Positions 1 to 8,624 of a stretch of DNA of 32,000 nt are shown here, in pieces. Under the pieces are notes generated by a model. The model did no database searches. It worked only from the letters and a program-made list of their open reading frames with translations, and had not been told where the DNA came from. Position 1 is the stretch's first letter; the number at the start of each line of letters is the position of its first letter. The position numbers were made by a program, and so were the translations under genes. The stretch lies in NCBI RefSeq assembly GCF_029504745.1, contig NZ_JAQFIQ010000006.1, positions 1-32,000 on the forward strand. Reading direction: 5' to 3'. The stretch comes from Breznakia sp. PF5-3 (GTDB lineage: Bacteria; Bacillota_I; Bacilli_A; Erysipelotrichales; Erysipelotrichaceae).

Positions 1-153
1 GTCAATATAGGAATATAGTTTATTATTTTTCTTGTTTATCCATCACCTTTTGCTTCTTTTTCCTTCATTGTTGCATTTCTTCTGACATTCAAGCCAAATA
101 CAAAAGTTCCTATATTCACTTATAAGCTTTTTATTTTTTATCATTAACATACA

Positions 154-197
154 TAAAAAAATCCCTCCTTATAGTCACAATCTATAATAGAGGGATT
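154..197 (-). terminator. intrinsic terminator after ppdK
   Basis: Minus strand: 8-bp stem AATCCCTC/GAGGGATT (22-nt loop with some internal pairing) followed by T7, 10 nt past the ppdK stop. Confidence 0.6.
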
Positions 198-207
198 ATA
201 TGAATTT

Positions 208-2835
208 CTATTTATTCTTCAATGCCGCTTGTGCTGCTGCTAAACGAGCAATAGGAACTCTAAATGGTGAACACGATACATATTGAAGTCCAATTCGATG
301 ACAGAACTCTATCGAAGATGAATCTCCACCATGTTCTCCACAAATACCTAATTTAATATCTGGTCTTGTTTGTTTTCCTAATTTTACAGCCATTTCTACT
401 AGTTTACCAACACCCTTTTGATCAAGTCTAGCAAATGGATCTTGTTCATAGATTTTTTTATCATAATAATCATTCAAGAATGAACCTGCATCATCGCGTG
501 AGAATCCAAATGTCATTTGGGTTAAATCATTTGTTCCAAACGAAAAGAATTCTGCTTCTTTGGCAATCTCATCAGCCGTTAGTGCAGCTCTAGGTATTTC
601 AATCATTGTTCCTACCAAATAGTTTAACTCTACCTTGTTATCTGCAATGATTTTATCAGCAATATTAGTTACTACACCTTTAACATACTTCAATTCTTCC
701 ACATCTCCAACAAGTGGAATCATGATTTCAGGCACTACATTGTATTCAGGATACTTTCTGTTAACGTTAATAGCAGCCTCTATTACAGCTCTTGTTTGCA
801 TTTCGGCTATTTCTGGATATGATACAGCCAATCGCACTCCTCTATGTCCCATCATTGGATTAAATTCATGTAACCCGTTAATAATACCTTTTAATTCATC
901 TACTTCCATTCCCATATCATCTGCTAATGTTGTAATATCGTAAGAAGAAGTAGGTAAAAACTCATGTAAAGGTGGGTCTAAGTAACGAATCGTTACTGGT
1001 CTTCCTTCCATTGCCTCATAAATTCCTTCAAAGTCACCACGTTGCATAGGCAATAATTTTGCCAGTGCTCGTTCTCGTTGTTCTTTTGTTTTCGCAACAA
1101 TCATTTCACGAATTGCTTTGATTCTTTCACCTTCAAAGAACATATGTTCAGTACGAACCAATCCAATTCCTTCTGCACCAAAGGTAACAGCTTGTTTTGC
1201 ATCTCTAGGTGTATCTGCATTCGTTCTAACCTTCAATGTTCTAAATTCATCTGCCCATTGCATAAAGACTTCAAAGTCACCAACAATCTGTGCAGGAACT
1301 GTCTTTAACTCTTCTCCATATACATTTCCTGTTGTACCATCAAGAGAAATATAATCATATTCTTTAAAAACACGTCCATTTACTCTGAAAGTTTTAGTTT
1401 CTTCATTGATTTTAATATCTCCACAACCAGATACACAACAAATTCCCATACCACGTGCAACTACAGCTGCATGGCTTGTCATTCCACCACGGACAGTTAA
1501 AATACCACGTGCTGAATTCATTCCTTCAATATCCTCAGGTGATGTCTCTAAACGCACCAGAATTACTCTGTGCCCTTTCGCAGCATAAGAAGTAGCATCT
1601 TCTGCATTGAACACCACTTGACCTGTAGCAGCTCCAGGAGACGCTGGTAGTCCTTGTGTGATTGGTACCGCATGTTTTATCGAAGATTGATCAAACGTAG
1701 GATGCAATAACGCATCTAATTGCTTTGGATCTACCATCAATACCGCTTCTTCTTTAGTTAACAAACCTTCATCTACTAAATCACATGCAATTTTCAAAGC
1801 TGCTTTAGCAGTACGTTTTCCATTACGTGTTTGCAACATAAATAATTTTTTATTTTCAATTGTAAACTCCATATCTTGCATATCACGATAGTGAGCTTCT
1901 AATTTTTTCGTAATACCCACAAATTCATCATATACTTCAGGCATCACATTCTTAAGTTCTTCAATATGATTTGGTGTACGAATTCCTGCAACTACATCCT
2001 CTCCTTGTGCATTCATTAAAAATTCACCATATAGTTTATTCTCTCCAGTACTTGGATTACGTGTGAAGGCAACACCAGTACCACTTGTATCACCCATATT
2101 TCCAAATACCATCATTTGAACATTTACTGCTGTTCCCCAGCTAGAAGGAATATCATTCATTTTACGATAATAGATTGCACGTGGATTATTCCATGATTCA
2201 AATACCGCTTCTACTGCTTTTGCCAATTGTTCTTTTGGCTCTGTTGGAAAATCTTCATGCAATTCCGAATGATAAAACGCTTTAAACCTTTTTACCATTT
2301 CTTTTAAATCATCTGCCGTAAGTTCTGTATCAAGTTTCACTTTACGTTCTGCTTTAATATCATCAATTACCGTTTCAAATTTAGCTTTTGACAATCCCAT
2401 AACAACATCTGCAAACATTTGAATAAAACGACGATATGAATCATATGCAAACCGTGGATTCCCTGTTAACTTCGATAACCCTTCAACTACTTCATCATTT
2501 AATCCTAAGTTTAGAATTGTATCCATCATCCCTGGCATACTAGCTCTAGACCCAGAACGTACAGATACAAGAAGTGGATTCTTTGCATCCCCAAATGTTT
2601 TTCCTGATAATTTTTCTAGTTCTTTTAAATGAGTAAAGATTTCGTCCATGATAGCATCATTGATTTCTTCCCCATCATCATAATACTTGTTACAAGCTTC
2701 TGTTGTAACCGTAAACCCATAAGGAACAGGCATACCAAGATTAATCATTTCTGCAAGGTTAGCACCTTTTCCACCTAAAAGATCACGCATTCCTCCGTTT
2801 CCTTCATGAAACGTATAAACATATTTTTTCCCCAT
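208..2835 (-). CDS. ppdK: pyruvate, phosphate dikinase
   Basis: 875-aa ORF with PEP-utilising enzyme architecture: ATP-grasp N-terminus, swivel phosphohistidine motif GGMTSHAAVVARG, C-terminal PEP/pyruvate barrel (GTNDLTQ, CGEHGGD). AAGGAGG lies 7 nt upstream of the ATG. Confidence 0.97.
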   Translation of the reverse strand: MGKKYVYTFHEGNGGMRDLLGGKGANLAEMINLGMPVPYGFTVTTEACNKYYDDGEEINDAIMDEIFTHLKELEKLSGKTFGDAKNPLLVSVRSGSRASMPGMMDTILNLGLNDEVVEGLSKLTGNPRFAYDSYRRFIQMFADVVMGLSKAKFETVIDDIKAERKVKLDTELTADDLKEMVKRFKAFYHSELHEDFPTEPKEQLAKAVEAVFESWNNPRAIYYRKMNDIPSSWGTAVNVQMMVFGNMGDTSGTGVAFTRNPSTGENKLYGEFLMNAQGEDVVAGIRTPNHIEELKNVMPEVYDEFVGITKKLEAHYRDMQDMEFTIENKKLFMLQTRNGKRTAKAALKIACDLVDEGLLTKEEAVLMVDPKQLDALLHPTFDQSSIKHAVPITQGLPASPGAATGQVVFNAEDATSYAAKGHRVILVRLETSPEDIEGMNSARGILTVRGGMTSHAAVVARGMGICCVSGCGDIKINEETKTFRVNGRVFKEYDYISLDGTTGNVYGEELKTVPAQIVGDFEVFMQWADEFRTLKVRTNADTPRDAKQAVTFGAEGIGLVRTEHMFFEGERIKAIREMIVAKTKEQRERALAKLLPMQRGDFEGIYEAMEGRPVTIRYLDPPLHEFLPTSSYDITTLADDMGMEVDELKGIINGLHEFNPMMGHRGVRLAVSYPEIAEMQTRAVIEAAINVNRKYPEYNVVPEIMIPLVGDVEELKYVKGVVTNIADKIIADNKVELNYLVGTMIEIPRAALTADEIAKEAEFFSFGTNDLTQMTFGFSRDDAGSFLNDYYDKKIYEQDPFARLDQKGVGKLVEMAVKLGKQTRPDIKLGICGEHGGDSSSIEFCHRIGLQYVSCSPFRVPIARLAAAQAALKNK

Positions 2836-2848
2836 AAAGAGACCTCCT

Positions 2849-2862
2849 TGTAATCGCTTTCA
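2849..2862 (-). promoter_or_regulatory. catabolite-responsive element (cre) in the ppdK leader
   Basis: TGTAATCGCTTTCA (minus strand TGAAAGCGATTACA) matches every fixed position of TGWAANCGNTNWCA. It lies 8 nt downstream of a minus-strand TATAAT (2871-2876) and abuts the ppdK SD. Confidence 0.55.
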
Positions 2863-3013
2863 TATCTATTATTATACCTAAGAATTCATTATAATTCTAC
2901 TATTTTAGTGCAGTATAAATTAAAATTATTTCGACAATAAGAAAAATTAACTTGCATAAAGATAGTTTGATTCTTATTTTCAAACTATTTTATTGAAATT
3001 TTATTTGTATATT

Positions 3014-3041
3014 AAAAAAAGAGTGAGAAATTCCCACTCTT
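3014..3041 (-). terminator. intrinsic terminator after the valS-SRPBCC unit
   Basis: Minus strand AAGAGTG-(9 nt loop)-CACTCTT followed by T7, about 20 nt downstream of the 3062 stop. Confidence 0.7.
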
Positions 3042-3061
3042 CAATGGCTCTTAAGATTCAG

Positions 3062-3463
3062 TTACAATATCCTATCTATTTTTTCTTGTAAATCACTTAT
3101 ATATTTGTTTTGTTGCTTTTTTAAATAAGACTTTATAAAGGGCTTAATGATTAATTTCTTAGCAGTCACATCTTCTGTGAAGATAATTTCTGTTTGCTCC
3201 CCTTTTTCAATAAAGCGACCAGACCAATGTCCCTTTATCATATTATTTTCCATTGTAAACGAAAAATAAGAACATGGTGTTTTTTCAATAATAGAAAATG
3301 TTGTTGCATAACCTTTTCTAGTATATTCAATGAATTGACATTCATCAACTATATCCACCTTACTTAAATCACTTCGCCATGCGTATTCTTTTATATTTGT
3401 AACAACTTTCCAAACTTTTTGAACATCGCAGTTTATATTTGTACGCATTTCACATTTTGTCAT
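3062..3463 (-). CDS. SRPBCC (START/polyketide-cyclase-like) family protein
   Basis: 133-aa ORF whose length and sequence pattern (NCDVQKVWKVVTNIKEYAWRSDL...) are typical of small SRPBCC ligand-binding proteins. SD AAAGGGGA precedes the ATG, only 12 nt after the valS stop. Confidence 0.65.
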   Translation of the reverse strand: MTKCEMRTNINCDVQKVWKVVTNIKEYAWRSDLSKVDIVDECQFIEYTRKGYATTFSIIEKTPCSYFSFTMENNMIKGHWSGRFIEKGEQTEIIFTEDVTAKKLIIKPFIKSYLKKQQNKYISDLQEKIDRIL

Positions 3464-3475
3464 TTTATATCCCCT

Positions 3476-6094
3476 TTACTTTTGCAATTCTTTTAATCGG
3501 TTCTTTATAATTTCATATTGTGATTTATAGTCTTCTAATTTTTCTTTTTCTTCATTAACTTTCGCTTCAGGTGCTTTGTTTACAAAATTAGGATTTGCTA
3601 ACATGCCTTCTGCTCGTTTAATTTCTTTCATTAATCGTTGTTTATCAACTTCAAGTTTTTTAATTTCTTCATCTATATTAATTAAGGAAGCTAATGGAAC
3701 CGTAATAGAACCTTGATATATTGGACGTACGACTACTTCTTCATCAATATTCTTAACACTCCACTCAGCATGACACATTTGTTTCAATAATGCATTGATA
3801 AATAAATTTGTTTCCTCTAAATTTCCATCACTATCATTCACTAACAACGTAATATCTGCACTTGGTTTAAGTTTATAAGTTGCCTTAATTTCTCTTACCG
3901 CTTCTACCATTGAAATTAGTTTTTTCACTTCATCCATTTCCTCATTTTGAATATCTCTTTGAACATAATTTGGCCATATTTCTAAATTGATGCTCTCTTT
4001 TGCATGTGGAAGAGATAAGTATATTTCTTCTGACACAAATGGCATAAATGGATGAATCATTTTTAAAATTGATTGTAAAACGACTAACAAAGTAGATTTT
4101 GCTGCCAGTTTTACTGTTTCATCATTACTTTGTAATTCTGCTTTTGATAATTCTATATACCAACTACAGAAATCATCCCATATAAAACTATATAGCTCAT
4201 TTCCTACCAATGCAAATTCATATTTATCCATATTTGCTGTTACATTATTTAAAGTTTCATTAAGGCGATTTAAAATCCATTTATCAATGGTACTTATTTT
4301 TGTAAGATCAATATCTTCAATATTAAATTCATCACCTAAATGCATTAGTACAAATTTTGAAGCATTATAGATTTTATTAATAAAGTTACTAGAACTTTCC
4401 ACTTTTTCTTCTATATATCGCAAATCTTGTCCCGGTGTTGAATTTGTTGTAAGGAAGAAACGCATTGCATCACATCCATGTTTTTCAACAACATCCATAG
4501 GATCCACACCATTTCCTAAAGACTTTGACATCTTGCGTCCTTTATCATCTCTTACCAAACCATGAATCAAAACATCTTTAAATGGTCGTGAATTTGTACA
4601 ATAACGTGCTTGAAAAGCCATTCTAGCCACCCAGAAGAAGATTATGTCATATCCTGTCACAAGTGTATCATTTGGATAATAACGCTTGTAGTCCTCTGTT
4701 TCCTGAGGCCACCCCAAGGTTGAGAAAGGCCATAAGGCACTAGAGAACCAAGTATCTAAAACATCTTCATCTTGTTCCCAGCTATCTATATCAGCTGGTT
4801 CCTCACATCCTACATAAATTTCACCGGTATCTTTGTGATACCATGCAGGAATTCGATGTCCCCACCACAATTGCCTTGAAATACACCAATCCTCAATTTT
4901 CTCTAACCATTGTTGGAAGGTGTGCTCAAAACGTTTCGGCGTGAAATGAATCTTCTCATCCTCGATTTCTTGGTTTTTCAAAACTTCATCTGCCAATGGA
5001 CGCATCTTTACAAACCATTGTTTTGATAAATATGGTTCTACAACTGCATCTGTTCTTTCCGAATGTCCAACTGGATGCATATGCTTTTCAATACTTACTA
5101 AGTTTCCAGCAGCTTTAATATCTTCAACAAGTTGTTTACGGCACGCAAATCGATCCATACCTTCATATTTACCACATAAATCATTCATCGTTCCATCTGG
5201 ATTCATACAAATCGGTTTTTCCAAATGATATTTTTCACCAATCAAAAAGTCATTAGGATCATGTGCTGGTGTACATTTCATAACTCCAGTACCAAACTCT
5301 ATATCAATATAGTCATCGCTAATAATTGGTAGCTTCTCACCATTTGCTGGATTTATAGCATGTAATCCTACAACATCTGTATAGCGTTTATCATCAGGAT
5401 GAACAACTATACAAACATCCCCAAACATCGTTTCAGGACGTGTTGTTGCAACATGAAGTTCTTGTCCTGTTTCAACAACTTTGTAAACAAACGTATACAT
5501 TGCTCCTTCAATCTCTTTATGAATAACTTCAATATTTGAAAGTGCTGTTTCCGCTTCTGGATCCCAGTTAATAATCCGTTCTCCTTGATAGATTAAGCCA
5601 TCATTATATAAATCTACAAACACTTTCTTTACCGCTTCACTCAATCCATCATCCAATGTAAAACGCTCTCTAGTGTAATCCAAAGATAATCCTAATGTAG
5701 CCCATTGTTCACGAATATGACTTGCATATTCATGTTTCCAATTCCATGCTTGCTCTAAAAATTTTTCTCTGCCTAAATCATAACGAGAAATTCCTTGCGC
5801 TTTTAATCTTTCATCTACTTTTGCCTGTGTTGCAATACCAGCATGATCCATACCAGAAACCCATAATACATCAAAACCTTGTAATCTTTTATAACGAGCA
5901 ACAATATCTTGTAGGGTTGTATCCCACGCATGTCCCAAATGTAACTTTCCTGTTACATTTGGTGGTGGAATCACCATACTAAAAGCTGGCTTACTATTGT
6001 CCCCAGCCGTAAAGTAGCCTTGCTTTACCCAATGCTCATAATACTTTTTTTCGATTTTTAAATGATCATATTTTGCATCTAATATATTTTTCAT
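3476..6094 (-). CDS. valS: valine--tRNA ligase
   Basis: Class I aaRS motifs HLGH (PNVTGKLHLGHAW) and KMSKS (GRKMSKSLGNG), with the C-terminal coiled coil typical of ValRS. The ORF extends to 6115, but GGAGG sits 7 nt before the second ATG (MKNILDAKYDH), so the start is placed at 6094. Confidence 0.96.
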   Translation of the reverse strand: MKNILDAKYDHLKIEKKYYEHWVKQGYFTAGDNSKPAFSMVIPPPNVTGKLHLGHAWDTTLQDIVARYKRLQGFDVLWVSGMDHAGIATQAKVDERLKAQGISRYDLGREKFLEQAWNWKHEYASHIREQWATLGLSLDYTRERFTLDDGLSEAVKKVFVDLYNDGLIYQGERIINWDPEAETALSNIEVIHKEIEGAMYTFVYKVVETGQELHVATTRPETMFGDVCIVVHPDDKRYTDVVGLHAINPANGEKLPIISDDYIDIEFGTGVMKCTPAHDPNDFLIGEKYHLEKPICMNPDGTMNDLCGKYEGMDRFACRKQLVEDIKAAGNLVSIEKHMHPVGHSERTDAVVEPYLSKQWFVKMRPLADEVLKNQEIEDEKIHFTPKRFEHTFQQWLEKIEDWCISRQLWWGHRIPAWYHKDTGEIYVGCEEPADIDSWEQDEDVLDTWFSSALWPFSTLGWPQETEDYKRYYPNDTLVTGYDIIFFWVARMAFQARYCTNSRPFKDVLIHGLVRDDKGRKMSKSLGNGVDPMDVVEKHGCDAMRFFLTTNSTPGQDLRYIEEKVESSSNFINKIYNASKFVLMHLGDEFNIEDIDLTKISTIDKWILNRLNETLNNVTANMDKYEFALVGNELYSFIWDDFCSWYIELSKAELQSNDETVKLAAKSTLLVVLQSILKMIHPFMPFVSEEIYLSLPHAKESINLEIWPNYVQRDIQNEEMDEVKKLISMVEAVREIKATYKLKPSADITLLVNDSDGNLEETNLFINALLKQMCHAEWSVKNIDEEVVVRPIYQGSITVPLASLINIDEEIKKLEVDKQRLMKEIKRAEGMLANPNFVNKAPEAKVNEEKEKLEDYKSQYEIIKNRLKELQK

Positions 6095-6122
6095 ACTATT
6101 TCCTCCGCTTTTCATTTACAAA

Positions 6123-6358
6123 TAATTTCTCTTTACGAATAAAAAAAGCATTCACCCAAAGGACGAATGCTCGTGGTACCACCTTATTTTACACTTTACC
6201 AAGTGCCTCATACATATAACGGTGTTTACCGGATTTCCCTACTGCTTTCAAGAAACCTACTCCTAGACTACCTTCCTTATGCATCCAAGACCTCTTTTCA
6301 CCAAAGCGAGGCTCTCTTTTCGTGTTTACATAAGTACTCCTTCTATTCTCTGTAGTTA
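6123..6358 (-). promoter_or_regulatory. T-box riboswitch leader (valine specifier) of valS
   Basis: Minus strand contains AGAGAG and GGTGAAA stem I elements and a candidate specifier region GGUAGUC (GUA/GUC are Val codons). The T-box sequence AAGGTGGTACCACGAG overlaps terminator GCATTCGTCC-TTTG-GGTGAATGC plus T7 (6141-6170). Confidence 0.85.
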
Positions 6359-6364
6359 TCTGTA

Positions 6365-6393
6365 ATTATAACCAATTTATTTGAAATAATCAA
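6365..6393 (-). promoter_or_regulatory. sigma-A type promoter of the valS T-box leader
   Basis: Minus strand TTGATT-17 nt-TATAAT, immediately upstream of the leader. Confidence 0.6.
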
Positions 6394-7581
6394 CTATAGC
6401 TGTGCAAGAAAGTTTTTCGCATATACCCTAACTTCTTCTATCTGTGTCTCACTTGGTTTAAACAACACTCGATAGCCGTCATCTACTAATTTCATTTTTT
6501 GTTGTTTCAATCGAGACAATAAATTAGGAACTGCTTCACCACTCCAACCATAACTACCAAAAGCAGAGACTTTTTTAACTCCATGATAACCTGCAATGAT
6601 ACGATTCATAATATTATAAATTGGTGGAAGAGCATCCCCCAAAATCGTACATGATCCATACATGATTGCATCCGCATTTATCATCTCGTTAAACACTTCA
6701 TCTTCATTTGCAATAACAAGATCGTAAATACTACAATCGATATCACATTTATCAGCTTCTTCTTTAATAATCTGTGCCAATTGTTTTGTATATCCATAGG
6801 CGCTAACATATGGAATCACTAGTTTAGGACGATCATTTTTCTTTTCAACAAGAAAAGTTTCGTACTTCTGCATCATCATAGCAATATCTGTATCAATAAT
6901 TAATCCATGACCAGGAGCAATCAACTCAACTCCAACATCTTTAAGTTTATCTAATGCTTTGCGAATAAATGGTTTAAATGGTCCCATAATCATGGTTGTA
7001 TAATAATCGAAAGCATCATAATAGTCATTACGATCTTGAATGTTTGACAACAGCATTTCATCACTTGCATAATGTGCACCAAAAGAATCACAAGTAATTA
7101 AAATTTTATCTTCTTCAATATATGTATAAATCGTATCCGGCCAATGTAAATTTGGAACACTTAAAAATTTTAGTGTTTTATTTCCTACTTTAATTTCTTC
7201 ATTATCTTTTACAATCATTGAATTAAAATTTTCATTAATAATCTCATTTAAATTACGATTTGCTGCAAAACTAGAAATTATAGATATGTTAGGATTTAAA
7301 TCTAACATTTTTTTCAATGATCCGCTATGATCAGGTTCAGTATGATTACACACTATATATTTAATTTCTTCAATCGCTGTAAGTTCCTTTATCTTTTCTA
7401 AATATTGATCAAAAAACTTCTCTTTCACGGTTTCAAAAAGAATTGTTCCATTATCCGTTTTTAATAAATAAGAATTATATGTTGTTCCATATTTTGTTTC
7501 CATGATAATATCAAAAACTCTCAGTTCCCTGTCTTGTACACCAATCCAATAAAAATCATCTTTTAATTTTAGTATGTTCAT
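6394..7581 (-). CDS. flavodiiron protein (FprA-type A flavoprotein; O2/NO reductase family)
   Basis: 395 aa. N-terminal metallo-beta-lactamase-like domain with diiron motif HxExDH (NHTEPDHSG) and C-terminal flavodoxin-like domain. AGGAG SD 8 nt upstream. Confidence 0.9.
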   Translation of the reverse strand: MNILKLKDDFYWIGVQDRELRVFDIIMETKYGTTYNSYLLKTDNGTILFETVKEKFFDQYLEKIKELTAIEEIKYIVCNHTEPDHSGSLKKMLDLNPNISIISSFAANRNLNEIINENFNSMIVKDNEEIKVGNKTLKFLSVPNLHWPDTIYTYIEEDKILITCDSFGAHYASDEMLLSNIQDRNDYYDAFDYYTTMIMGPFKPFIRKALDKLKDVGVELIAPGHGLIIDTDIAMMMQKYETFLVEKKNDRPKLVIPYVSAYGYTKQLAQIIKEEADKCDIDCSIYDLVIANEDEVFNEMINADAIMYGSCTILGDALPPIYNIMNRIIAGYHGVKKVSAFGSYGWSGEAVPNLLSRLKQQKMKLVDDGYRVLFKPSETQIEEVRVYAKNFLAQL

Positions 7582-7700
7582 CTCTTCTTCTCCTATTTCA
7601 TTCTCTATAAGTATATGAATTTTTTCAACATGTTACAATTAAAATGCACTATTTACAAGCAAAAATGATTATGCTAGATTAAGTTTAAGAGGATAAATAC

Positions 7701-8008
7701 ATGTCAAAAGCAAGTATGATAGCACAAAGGCTACAACAAGGGCAAACAATCGAAAAATATCGTGAAGCTGGTAATAGTATGTTACCAATTTTAAAGTCCA
7801 ATCAACCCGTTACCTTAGAACCTATAAATACGGCAGAACTAAAAAAAGGCGATATCGTTTTTTGTAAAGTGAAAGGCAATTACTACACGCATAAAATATC
7901 AGCAATTAAAATTCAAAAAAATACCATGAAATATCAAATAATCAAGGATTTGTAAATGGCTGGATTAAACGAGAACAGATTTTTGGCATTGTAACAAAAA
8001 TCTGGTAA
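7701..8008 (+). pseudogene. small S24/S26-like (LexA/signal-peptidase fold) protein gene, frameshifted at an A7 run
   Basis: Frame 1 (7701-7955) carries the GNSMLP serine motif and KKGDIVFCKVKGNYYTHKISAIK. A second frame continues without stops from the A7 run (7915-7921) to TAA at 8006-8008, reading KYHEISNNQGFVNGWIKREQIFGIVTKIW. One extra A would fuse them into about 102 aa. Confidence 0.6.
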
Positions 8009-8027
8009 ACAAAAAAAAACTGTCAAT

Positions 8028-8624
8028 TCAGACAGCTTTTTCTTGATACATCTCTTCAATCGCTTGCCATGCTTTGTCAACACCCATTCTTGTTTCACTT
8101 GAAAACGGAATTAGTGCTTCTTCGGGAATTTCTAACCCTTTGCAGATGCGGCGATAATTTTTAATACGCTCATTTTTCTTTAGTTTATCTACCTTAGTTG
8201 CGATTACTACAACTTTCATTTTATGGTATCTCGCATATTCCATCATTGTAATATCATCTTCTGTTGGATTATGGCGACTATCTACAATCAGTACAAGGCC
8301 TACTTTTTGTTGCCTTTCACCGAAATAATCTTCCATCATTTCACCAAATTGAATCAATTGATGCTTTGAAATATTGGCATATCCATAACCTGGTACATCA
8401 ACAAACATCAATTCATCATTAATATTAAAGAAATTGAGTAACCTTGTTTTTCCTGGTGTATTTCCAACATACGCAAGCTTTTTACGATTTGTCAGTGTAT
8501 TGATAAAACTAGATTTACCAACATTACTACGTCCTGCCAAAACAACTTCTGGTAAAGCAGTATCTGGCCAAGATTCTTTATCTGGTGCTGATATTACCAA
8601 TTCACAACTATTAATTGTTTTCAT
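8028..8624 (-). CDS. engB: ribosome-biogenesis GTPase EngB/YsxC/YihA
   Basis: G1 GRSNVGKSS, G3 DVPGYG, G4 TKVDK. Its ATG overlaps the lon TAA (TAATG), and lon-ysxC synteny is typical of Firmicutes. Confidence 0.93.
   Translation of the reverse strand: MKTINSCELVISAPDKESWPDTALPEVVLAGRSNVGKSSFINTLTNRKKLAYVGNTPGKTRLLNFFNINDELMFVDVPGYGYANISKHQLIQFGEMMEDYFGERQQKVGLVLIVDSRHNPTEDDITMMEYARYHKMKVVVIATKVDKLKKNERIKNYRRICKGLEIPEEALIPFSSETRMGVDKAWQAIEEMYQEKAV

Noticed and set aside
635-1588. Four plus-strand ORFs (60-102 aa) inside ppdK
   Set aside because: They are entirely antisense to a confidently identified gene, have low-complexity Ser/Thr/Ile/Phe-rich translations and no SD. They are typical shadow ORFs.
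5722-5982. 86-aa plus-strand ORF inside valS
   Set aside because: Antisense shadow ORF with no RBS and no recognisable motif.
6167-6355. 62-aa plus-strand ORF between valS and the flavodiiron gene
   Set aside because: It lies exactly on the reverse complement of the valS T-box leader, and the RNA element explains the region.
7616-7627. TGAA-N4-TTCA half-palindrome in the flavodiiron promoter (possible Rex/redox-regulator site)
   Set aside because: Only 4+4 bp match, and the flanks do not fit TTGTGAA-N6-TTCACAA or the clostridial Rex consensus. This is too degenerate in AT-rich DNA.
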